Shown here: positions 31,467 to 39,766 of the stretch, one piece after another | Layout of the letters: every line of letters starts with the position of its first letter | Position numbering within the stretch: the stretch's first letter is position 1 | DNA from: Bdellovibrionales bacterium | GTDB taxonomy: Bacteria > Bdellovibrionota > Bdellovibrionia > Bdellovibrionales > JAUICD01 | Reading direction: 5' to 3' | Assembly: GCA_965262715.1 (NCBI GenBank) | Contig: OZ253553.1 | Span: 1,504,001 to 1,568,000, forward strand | Length of the DNA stretch: 64,000 nucleotides | The notes under the pieces: generated by a model | What the model was told of the DNA's origin: nothing | The model's database searches: none | Seen by the model: the letters and a program-made list of their open reading frames with translations, nothing else | Translations under genes and position numbers: made by a program

Positions 31467-32834
31467 ATGCGAATACTATTGAGCTTAATTTGTTTATTTA
31501 TATTTAAAACTTCTATTGTAGAAGCTGATGATATCTCTCTTTCTGAGGATGGAGATAGAGAAAGATCAAATACATATTCTCCTGAAAGTTGTGGAAATGC
31601 CCTTATAGAGCTACATGATAATATAGATGGCAGGCATCTTCAAGAGAAAGAATTCTTACATTATTTTTCAGAGCAAGGACCATCTAGATCATTCATACAA
31701 TTAATGATGAGTGAAATAATGACGAATAAACAAAAATATAAAGAGTATACAGGCATTAAATTCAGAGAAGATCCATTACTAAACAGAATCCGTTTAATGG
31801 AAAACCAGCAAGATCTTGAAAGTCAGGGATATGGACCAGAATATATTGCAAATTTTGATTATATAAAAAATGGCCTGCAAATAGCTTATCACTTACGTCA
31901 ACGATTCAAAAACTCTAACACCAATCCTGAAGAAGCTCATATCCCAGAATTTGCTGATCTTATCGACTCACACATAGACTTTATAGAAAGAGCTATACGT
32001 AATCAAAACTCACCTGATAGATATCTCAGATTACAAAAATTGATGGAACTAAGACATAATGCGCAACTTGCTAAAAACACAAGAAAAGTAACTTATAGAT
32101 ACTATTTAGCACTTAACTTCCAACTTATAATTCTTACAAACCCTCGAGAAGATCCCTATTCCTTCTATTTAAGAAAATCTTCTGATCCTAATCACTTCCA
32201 TCCAGAAAGTATAATAACACCAGACATGGATTATGATGATATATCTATAGCAATAATAGAAAAATTATTTAGTGACTTCATCGATCGATACTCATTTCCA
32301 GAAGTGATTATAATGCCCACAATAGAAAGCTCAGGAAATATAGGAATTATATCTGAAAATAGAACATCCGGAACTGACGTGCACTTTATTGCTTTAAATG
32401 ATAAACCTACTTATGCACATGGTTGGAACATGTCACCACTCATGTATCTTAGTCACGATTTAGCTCATACTTTTGTAAAACCAACTTATGATATGAATCT
32501 ATTTATTGAACTTTTCTTTTATAACTTGAGATCTCTCCCAAAATCTCAAAGACAAAGAATTGAGCTTGTTTTTTATGAACTCACCCATGAATCTGGGTAC
32601 AGACTTTCAACAATAACAGAACCTATTCAAGAAGTAGTAGCAAGACATCTTCGCGTTGACCCTAAAGATCCTTATGATATTAGTGACTTTTCACAATTTA
32701 TACCTGGGCATAATCATACTCTCTCTGATGTTAACGCATTTCTTCAACAAGCCCGAGATGATTTTGTCAGATTCTTCCATAAAACCCGTGCTAAGCTTAC
32801 CTTTGTACAACAACTAATCCTTAAAAATCAATAA
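31467..32834 (+). CDS. secreted hypothetical protein
   Basis: 455-aa ORF with signal peptide; HDLAH and HESG His motifs; no family recognised. Confidence 0.7.
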   Translation: MRILLSLICLFIFKTSIVEADDISLSEDGDRERSNTYSPESCGNALIELHDNIDGRHLQEKEFLHYFSEQGPSRSFIQLMMSEIMTNKQKYKEYTGIKFREDPLLNRIRLMENQQDLESQGYGPEYIANFDYIKNGLQIAYHLRQRFKNSNTNPEEAHIPEFADLIDSHIDFIERAIRNQNSPDRYLRLQKLMELRHNAQLAKNTRKVTYRYYLALNFQLIILTNPREDPYSFYLRKSSDPNHFHPESIITPDMDYDDISIAIIEKLFSDFIDRYSFPEVIIMPTIESSGNIGIISENRTSGTDVHFIALNDKPTYAHGWNMSPLMYLSHDLAHTFVKPTYDMNLFIELFFYNLRSLPKSQRQRIELVFYELTHESGYRLSTITEPIQEVVARHLRVDPKDPYDISDFSQFIPGHNHTLSDVNAFLQQARDDFVRFFHKTRAKLTFVQQLILKNQ

Positions 32835-33020
32835 AATTGTTTGGAAAAACCATACTCGATTCAATGATAAATAAAAGTCAGGTATATGCTGTGATTTTAT
32901 GTCTATAAAAGCCCAAACTTTTTACCTAAATCTAGATGATCTTTAACTAGAAAATATTCATTTTTAATTGAATGAAGACAGTTATTTTATTGAAATAACT
33001 TGTAAAATACTATATACTTA

Positions 33021-33098
33021 GTAATATATTGACTACATAAAAATTTTGTGATATATTGAATACAAAAAATATTTGTAGTATATTGAGCACATAAAAAC
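33021..33098 (+). promoter_or_regulatory. three 27-bp-period direct repeats, putative operator
   Basis: gtaatatattgactacataaaaa / gtgatatattgaatacaaaaaat / gtagtatattgagcacataaaaa at 33021, 33048 and 33075. Confidence 0.6.
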
Positions 33099-33134
33099 AA
33101 TACTATCAGTATAAAATAATAGGATGGATTCTTA

Positions 33135-34046
33135 ATGGAAAACAAATGTATAAAATGTAAAAAATCTTTACCTCGACTGATTTACTATGGTCTTCACAAA
33201 TCTTGCTTTTTGGAATGGTTTGGCCTTTCAGAAACTCAAGAGTTTCAAAACCTAGACCCCAAAAAATCAAGCACCTCTTCTAATAATTTGCAAGTAGAAA
33301 AAAAGAAAGACACTTTTTATCATGGACGTTATTTAAAGTATTCAGCTTCCTTAAATGGAATCGACTATATTTTAAAAGTTCAAGAGGAAAAATACCCTGA
33401 CTTGCCAGGTATGGAATACCTATGTAATCGTATCGCTAATTTATTGTCTTTAGAAGTACCAAAATATTACCTTATTATTTTCAATAAAAAACTAACATTT
33501 GTGACCTATAATTTTATGCAAGACTATCAAAAATCTACATTACATCATATCTATAAGTTTCTACTACCTGAAGGAGAAGAAAACCATAACTGTTCTAAGC
33601 TGATTGAAGTTATCGGAGAGCAAACAAATCAATTAGCAGATGTCACTAAATTTATAAAAATATGTCTATTTGATGCTTTGATTGGAAATAATGATAGACA
33701 TGGGAGAAATTTAGGAATCATAGATACACAAGATAGAAAAAAACTAGCACCTATGTATGATAATCCTTCATATTTTGGGATTGAAGAGGAATCTATGTTA
33801 GAAGCTGATTTAAATCCAAGTTGTTGTATTTGGACTGATTCTTCTAAAGAACCTAAGTTTTTAGACTATATAAGAGAATTTGAAAGGCTAGGGTTTCAAA
33901 AAGTATGTAGAGAATTTAAAAGAAATTTTTTAAATCAATTTAAATCTATCAAACAAGAAGTGCATTTAGCATGTATTTCTAAAAAAAGAAAAAAAGCTTT
34001 TTTAAAATTCTTGCAAAAAAAGGTACAAGACTGTGAAAAATGTTAA
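33135..34046 (+). CDS. HipA C-terminal-domain kinase (HipT-like toxin)
   Basis: YILK, EYLC, LIGNNDRHGRN, LAPMYD; N-terminal CxxC...HxxC. Confidence 0.88.
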   Translation: MENKCIKCKKSLPRLIYYGLHKSCFLEWFGLSETQEFQNLDPKKSSTSSNNLQVEKKKDTFYHGRYLKYSASLNGIDYILKVQEEKYPDLPGMEYLCNRIANLLSLEVPKYYLIIFNKKLTFVTYNFMQDYQKSTLHHIYKFLLPEGEENHNCSKLIEVIGEQTNQLADVTKFIKICLFDALIGNNDRHGRNLGIIDTQDRKKLAPMYDNPSYFGIEEESMLEADLNPSCCIWTDSSKEPKFLDYIREFERLGFQKVCREFKRNFLNQFKSIKQEVHLACISKKRKKAFLKFLQKKVQDCEKC

Positions 34047-34677
34047 AAAGAAAACCGTAGCTGTAGATGTTTACTTTGAAAAATACACTTCAAGGCAGTA
34101 TGTAGGTCGTTTGATATATAAAAAAAATCAATTTGTATTTTGTTATGATGATGCCTATCTTTACTCTGGTAAAGCAATTGCCTTAGGACCTGATCTACCT
34201 TGTCTAAAAAAAGAACACAAATCTAAAAAGTTATTTATCTCCTTTGAAGACCGTATACCCTCAAGACAAAATCCTGCCTATAAAGAATATTGTCAAATGA
34301 CAGGTATTTCACCACAAGAAAAGGACCCTCTGGTATTGCTTTCAACTATTGGACAAAAGGGACCTTCCTCGTTTGTTTTTGCCCCTGTTTATGATGATGA
34401 ATTTACAAAAGAAGATTTAAACGCATTTCGCAAAAGCTTAAGTCTTTCTATTAGAGATTTTGCAAAATTATTTGATTTTGCTCCTGCTACCATCCATCGA
34501 ATTGAGCAAGGTAAATCAAGTGGAAAGGACACTTTAAAAAGGGTCGAGTTATATAATCTCTTCCCCGAAGTTGCTTTATATGAAGTAAATCGATTTAGCC
34601 ATAGAGTTGGTAGTAAGATAGGCCAACATGTTAAAAAAATACTTGAATTTAAGCTATCTAAAGATGATAAGAAATAA
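34033..34677 (+). CDS. HipA N-terminal (HipS-like) domain fused to an XRE HTH
   Basis: 'VGRL....FVFCYD..YL...LGPDLP...LF..FEDRIP' then 'FRKSLSLSIRDFAKLFDFAPATIHRIEQG'. Confidence 0.78.
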   Translation: MKNVKKKTVAVDVYFEKYTSRQYVGRLIYKKNQFVFCYDDAYLYSGKAIALGPDLPCLKKEHKSKKLFISFEDRIPSRQNPAYKEYCQMTGISPQEKDPLVLLSTIGQKGPSSFVFAPVYDDEFTKEDLNAFRKSLSLSIRDFAKLFDFAPATIHRIEQGKSSGKDTLKRVELYNLFPEVALYEVNRFSHRVGSKIGQHVKKILEFKLSKDDKK

Positions 34678-34692
34678 TAGTTTTGTATGGAT

Positions 34693-34908
34693 TTGTTGCA
34701 CAAAGATTTAAGGATGAGATTTGTGAAAGGCTCGAAGTAAGCGTAAGGCCAGCGTCTTTGGAGATAAAGATTTCATAAAATACTTTATTCTATAATAAAT
34801 CTTAAAATAACAGAAATACAAGGCGCGGGGGTTGCCTGTTGCTTATGGAAGAAGCCTTTCACAAATCTCTGGCATATAAACTAAAGTTGATGTTTGTGCA
34901 ACAAGGCC
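34693..34908. mobile_element. MITE-like element, family C (nested inverted repeats)
   Basis: Perfect 17-bp IR GAGATTTGTGAAAGGCT (34716 / ending 34869) inside a 12-bp IR TTGTTGCACAAA (34693 / ending 34904); homologs at 13078 and 38731. Confidence 0.75.
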
Positions 34909-34932
34909 ATTTTGTATACTAATAAGAATTTT

Positions 34933-35805
34933 ATGAAAAAAAACAAAGAGTGGCTTTGGAGTTTTCCAAGCAAAACATTTCTAGTAGGAGAATATAGTGC
35001 ACTCGTAAGCGGAGGGTGTTTGCTTTTAAATACATATCCTAGATTTGTTCAATTAAAAAATGGACAGTTTTTAGATCCTCATCAACAAAAAGGAGGATTT
35101 GGAGCTTCTAGCGCGCAATGGCTTTGCAGTTACCTCTCTAGTAATCATCTCACTAAAGATGAAAAAGAACATCTTTTCAATTCAAATAAAAACGAATTAG
35201 ATGCTAATCTAGCTATTAAATTAAAAAATGCTTATCAAAAAGAAATTAAAAAGTCTGAACCTGCACTGAAGATAACTCCTAGTGGAGTAGATATCTTATC
35301 ACAATGTATAGGTCAAGTTGCTTATATTAATGTACAAAAAAATATTTTTAAGTCCTTAAAATGGCCATTTAAGGATCTTAGTTTTTTGATTTTTCCTACA
35401 GGAAATAAAGCCTTTACACTTGAGCATTTAAAAGAAGATATTCAGATTCAAAATTGCAAGCTGCTCTCTGAAAAAAGCCAAGATGTTATTGATGCTTTTT
35501 TAAATCACAAAGAAACTGAGTTTTTAAGTACCCTAAAGGAGTTTGATCTCCATTTAGAACACTTAGGTTTTTGTTGCACGCAAACTCTAGCTCTCAAAAA
35601 AAAGATAAGAAACCATTTTCCACAAGTTATTGTTAAAGGCTGTGGTGCTCTTGGAATGGACACCTTATTACTTATTTGCAAGTCTGATGTTCTTTCTGAT
35701 GTAAAAGATTTTATTCAAAAAGATATCCTAATTCAACAAAATGATCAGATCATCACAACTCAGGACCTCACAGATGGTATTCTCCTCCTCAATGACCTAA
35801 AATGA
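34933..35805 (+). CDS. GHMP kinase, probable phosphomevalonate kinase-like
   Basis: PSKTFLVGEY, GGFGASSA, PSGVD, KGCGALG.D; mevalonate context. Start probably ATG at 34933. Confidence 0.75.
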   Translation: MKKNKEWLWSFPSKTFLVGEYSALVSGGCLLLNTYPRFVQLKNGQFLDPHQQKGGFGASSAQWLCSYLSSNHLTKDEKEHLFNSNKNELDANLAIKLKNAYQKEIKKSEPALKITPSGVDILSQCIGQVAYINVQKNIFKSLKWPFKDLSFLIFPTGNKAFTLEHLKEDIQIQNCKLLSEKSQDVIDAFLNHKETEFLSTLKEFDLHLEHLGFCCTQTLALKKKIRNHFPQVIVKGCGALGMDTLLLICKSDVLSDVKDFIQKDILIQQNDQIITTQDLTDGILLLNDLK

Positions 35806-35901
35806 GGAAGAAAGCCTGCATAACTCTAAATCACTATATTAAAGTACGTTCAGATGAGACATAGTGTTTTTAAGATAGCTTCCAAACATTATCTCATTTA
35901 C

Positions 35902-36174
35902 TTAAGCAACATTTTGCTTTTGACGAGCCTCCCAAAGATCATATTCTGCTTGCATACGGACCCACATTTCCGCTGTTGTTCCAAGAACCTTTTCAAGCAC
36001 AATAGCAAAATCTGGAGAGATACTCCTTTTGCAATTAACAATTTCATTGATCTTACGATGATGACATCGACATAATTTAGACAAAGCTGTCTGTGTCAAA
36101 TTAAGCTCATCCATATAAACATTAAGTAAAACTTCACCTGGATGCATAGGCTTAACATTTTTAATCATAATCAA
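35902..36174 (-). CDS. higA: HigA family antitoxin
   Basis: PMHPGEVL...LGTTAEMWVRMQAEYDL. Confidence 0.93.
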   Translation of the reverse strand: MIMIKNVKPMHPGEVLLNVYMDELNLTQTALSKLCRCHHRKINEIVNCKRSISPDFAIVLEKVLGTTAEMWVRMQAEYDLWEARQKQNVA

Positions 36175-36464
36175 CCTCTATGATAATTTTCAATCTTAAC
36201 ATCCACAAATTTATTATCCTTAAACTTAACTGTGATACACCAAGGCAACTGAATTGTCACACTCCAATCATCCCTTCTATTTCCTTTTAATTTGTGAAGA
36301 CGTAAGTTTGAAGGGTTTTTAATCTTTAAATCATTTAAACTCTCTGTCGAATGCATAATGGCCATTATGGCTTTAGCCTTTTTCCAAAGAACCTGTGGTA
36401 GAGTCTTTGATCTATCTGTCTCCCAAATATCTTTGGCAATTTTATTACCTAAACTAACAATCAT
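36171..36464 (-). CDS. higB: HigB (RelE/ParE family) toxin
   Basis: P.NLRLHKLKGNR...WSV.I...W.I, C-terminal NYH; upstream of higA with a 4-bp overlap. Confidence 0.92.
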   Translation of the reverse strand: MIVSLGNKIAKDIWETDRSKTLPQVLWKKAKAIMAIMHSTESLNDLKIKNPSNLRLHKLKGNRRDDWSVTIQLPWCITVKFKDNKFVDVKIENYHRG

Positions 36465-36655
36465 TCTGGTATTACACTATACCTAATTATGTAATATGTC
36501 AACCCTAAAAGCCAAAAATACCTTAATAAGTACAAAAAATGATCTTAAAAGACAAGGTTTGTATAAAAGGCTCTATAATAAAATCCAAAATGAAAGCAAG
36601 TATATCTAAAATTGATGTTTGTACAACAAAGCCCCTTAAAGCTTATATAATATAA

Positions 36656-37603
36656 TCATCCTTTACTTCCAGAAATAGATTGAATCATCTGCTCAATAGG
36701 AAACTTCGTGATTGAAAAACCACAAAGTAACATAATAAGATAAAATAGAAAATCATTTGAGATGGGTATGTTCTCATACCATATACTAATAAAAACAGCA
36801 AGAGCAGGTACAATGATAAACATAAAAGATAAAATAACGAGATTCATTTGTTTTAAAAGAAAGAAGTAGAGCGTTGATACTACCACTAAAATAAAAACAA
36901 GATAAACCAATGCTAAAATTGAATCTTTTGAAAACTCAATAAAGTTTGGTTGCTCTAATATTAAGCCCATAACCATTAGAAGAATTCCACCAATACCCAT
37001 TGGCAAAATATGAAGAGTAATAACACTTATACCTCCACATTTTTTCTTAATATATATATATGAAAAAGCATGTATAATTGCCGATATAAGGATTGCAACA
37101 ATACCTGTCAGGCTAGAATAATTTAGACTTAAGTGTAACTTCACAATCATCATCAAACTTAGAAAGCCAATCACTATTCCTGCGATTTGTGAGAAAAACA
37201 CTCGCTCTTTTAACATTATTGCTGAAAAAATAAGTGTGAAAACTGGCATTGTGCTAAACAACAAAGCCATCAACCCTGAAGATACAAATTGTGCACCAAA
37301 ATTGATTAACCAAAAAGGAATAGTGAAGTAAAAAATTGTAAGGTACATAAAAGAAAACAAAGTGCCTTTTGGAAACCAAATAGTTTCACCTCGCGCCATA
37401 GCAAAAACAAAAAGCATCGGAGAAGCGCCCAAAAAACGTAAGCCCGTAGCTGTAAATGGTGGTATGGTTTCAACAGCAATTCTGGTAGCCAGCCATACAG
37501 TTGCCCAAACTAGACAAATAAAGATAAACAAAATAGATATAACTGTATTGGTAGTGTACCATGTAGATTTCCTATTGTTTTTATAAGATAATATTTCAGA
37601 CAT
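36656..37603 (-). CDS. EamA/DMT family transporter
   Basis: Ten TM helices, 'LVWATVW...PPF...LRF', SSGL. Confidence 0.92.
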   Translation of the reverse strand: MSEILSYKNNRKSTWYTTNTVISILFIFICLVWATVWLATRIAVETIPPFTATGLRFLGASPMLFVFAMARGETIWFPKGTLFSFMYLTIFYFTIPFWLINFGAQFVSSGLMALLFSTMPVFTLIFSAIMLKERVFFSQIAGIVIGFLSLMMIVKLHLSLNYSSLTGIVAILISAIIHAFSYIYIKKKCGGISVITLHILPMGIGGILLMVMGLILEQPNFIEFSKDSILALVYLVFILVVVSTLYFFLLKQMNLVILSFMFIIVPALAVFISIWYENIPISNDFLFYLIMLLCGFSITKFPIEQMIQSISGSKG

Positions 37604-37782
37604 AAATACCTTTTATTAAAACAAACTAAGATAATGATTCACTTAAAACACTGAAACATAGTCTTCAAGTAGGATTTCATAAATTGATTTATAATGTTAG
37701 AGTTTTCTTGTGTTTTAACATATTTTATCAATACTTTAATAGTTACACCGATATTCAAGTGATATAAAATGGATTTCTTACT

Positions 37783-38664
37783 ATGGAACTAAAAAATACA
37801 ACTCAACAAAAAATAATAAAAATCTACGGGAAGGTTATCATTACTGGAGAACATAGTGTCCTTAGAGGAGGACTTGCCATAGCTTATCCTCTCTACAATA
37901 AATCCTTAGAAATGGCCATTTTACCTCAAGAACACATCAAAGATGATAAAAACTTTCAACCTATTGACCAAAAGCTGCTTCAAAAAGCACTAGAAGCTTG
38001 TGGAAAATCATTATCAGATCTAGAAGAATCCATTTTTATTAAAAACCCTTTAGATGGAGGAGGATTAGGCAGTAGTGCAGCCTTATGTGTGGCATTGGGT
38101 CGTTTGATGGTAAGCCAAGGATGGCTTTCATCTTCTGATCTCTTTAAATACTGCCATACCCTTGAACACTTTTTTCATGGAGAAAGTAGCGGCCTGGATA
38201 TTGCTGTCATTTTAAAAGAAAAACCCATCTCCTATCAAAGAGAAGAAGGAGCAAAAGATCTATTAATCAATTGGTCTCCTTGTTTTTGTGTGTCTTTCTC
38301 TGGTCAAAAAAGCCTGACCGCTCAAAATATAAAATTTGTTCAAAACCAAAAAATAAAAAATACAGACCAAAAGATGTCTTATGCCTCTCAGTTGACCATT
38401 AAAGCACTACAAAAAAATCCAACAAATGGACTGCCTCTCTTAATAGAAGCTCTCCAAACAGCCTATTTATGCTTTCAACAGTGGTCTTTGGTCCCAGATA
38501 CTGTAAAAAAACATATAGATCAATGTCAGAAAGAGAAAGCTATTGCCAGTAAACCTACAGGTTCAGGTGGTGGAGGTCATGTTTTAAGTCTTTTTAATCA
38601 TCTACCCTCGCAAGTCATCTATACTGCCGCCCCCCTAAACCCTCCTAATCATCAATCTTTATAG
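37783..38664 (+). CDS. mvk: mevalonate kinase (GHMP family)
   Basis: GKVIITGEHSVLRG, GGGLGSSAA, FHGESSGLD, KPTGSGGGG. Confidence 0.85.
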   Translation: MELKNTTQQKIIKIYGKVIITGEHSVLRGGLAIAYPLYNKSLEMAILPQEHIKDDKNFQPIDQKLLQKALEACGKSLSDLEESIFIKNPLDGGGLGSSAALCVALGRLMVSQGWLSSSDLFKYCHTLEHFFHGESSGLDIAVILKEKPISYQREEGAKDLLINWSPCFCVSFSGQKSLTAQNIKFVQNQKIKNTDQKMSYASQLTIKALQKNPTNGLPLLIEALQTAYLCFQQWSLVPDTVKKHIDQCQKEKAIASKPTGSGGGGHVLSLFNHLPSQVIYTAAPLNPPNHQSL

Positions 38665-38730
38665 AAGTGGTCTCAAAAATGCTAAGTCTAATTTAAACTT
38701 ACCTAAATGTAATGATTTAGAGTTATGGCA

Positions 38731-38800
38731 AGCCCCTTTCATAGGCAGCAGGCATCCTGTCTTGCATTTTTGTTATTTTATGATTTTATTATAGAATAGT
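38731..38800 (+). repeat. dispersed repeat family C, degenerate partial copy
   Basis: Matches the reverse complement of 34781-34856. Confidence 0.65.
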
Positions 38801-39106
38801 GTACGTTACATTCTATTGCAGTTTTTTTGTTCTTAAATAATAAGAAGTATTTGAAATGTATTAGCTTCAACTCAAAAAATGCTTCCAGCTCTAAATGAAA
38901 AAGGTATTTTTTGGCTTATTAAGGTCAGGCAAAGGCCTAGCTCAAAGAAAATTTAAGTTTGTTATCTTTTGTGGTCTTTTTTAGAAAGATTATCAGATTA
39001 AATTGTTAAAGCTAAAGGGACTTTTTCCCGATCTTTTATATTGAAATAAACTAAACAATCCAGACCTTAGTATTTAACAGGTATAATAAAAATATAGGAA
39101 AATAAA

Positions 39107-39766
39107 ATGAGCTTAAAGCTTTGGGGAAACTTTCTCTTATTTTTATTAATAGTAGAGAGTTTTCAAGGGACAGTGTTTGCCAAATCTCCTTTAGTTCTTC
39201 AAATGAAAGTTTCTCATCCCAGAAATGTTGATCAAGTCTCTCTTATTTTTAAAGAAAATACAGTAAATCTTGTGAACAATGTTCATCAAATCTCTTCTAA
39301 TTCAAAACATAGAAAACCAATACAGTTAGGTCAGTTTCAAACAGGTTTAACACGTGATTTTAAATTGTTTAGAAGGCAGATTCAGGCTTACAAAAAGCTT
39401 TTGGATAAAAGTCAAACTCGTATAAATAAATCCCAAATTTTAAGAGCTATTGGTTCTGTCAAAAAGGTCACACCTCACGTGCCTAGTATATATATTGGTG
39501 GTGATGGAAGGGTTCGTGAAGTCAAAAAAGGCCATCCTTATTTTCAACCTTTGAAAAGAATTTTGATGAAATCCATGCAGAAAAAGTACAAATGTGTCTC
39601 TTGCGCTACGTATGACAAAAAAGGGAAATCTATTATCAGGACTGTCAAGGAGCAAGGTAAATCTATACAGAAGAGAACATTTTCAAGGAAAAACCTCCAA
39701 TGCTTTCAAGTGGACAAGAAAAAAATGGAATGTGTGGATGAGACCTATGGCATATTTGAAATTTAA
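39107..39766 (+). CDS. secreted basic hypothetical protein
   Basis: Signal peptide, Lys-rich, four Cys near the C-terminus. Confidence 0.7.
   Translation: MSLKLWGNFLLFLLIVESFQGTVFAKSPLVLQMKVSHPRNVDQVSLIFKENTVNLVNNVHQISSNSKHRKPIQLGQFQTGLTRDFKLFRRQIQAYKKLLDKSQTRINKSQILRAIGSVKKVTPHVPSIYIGGDGRVREVKKGHPYFQPLKRILMKSMQKKYKCVSCATYDKKGKSIIRTVKEQGKSIQKRTFSRKNLQCFQVDKKKMECVDETYGIFEI

Noticed and set aside
28117..37782. Prophage or ICE as the source of the accessory block
   Set aside because: No integrase, phage structural, relaxase or conjugation genes, and no att-like flanking repeats seen.
39594..39746. Long overlap between the 39107 and 39594 ORFs
   Set aside because: The signal peptide begins at ATG 39747; the earlier start is probably spurious.
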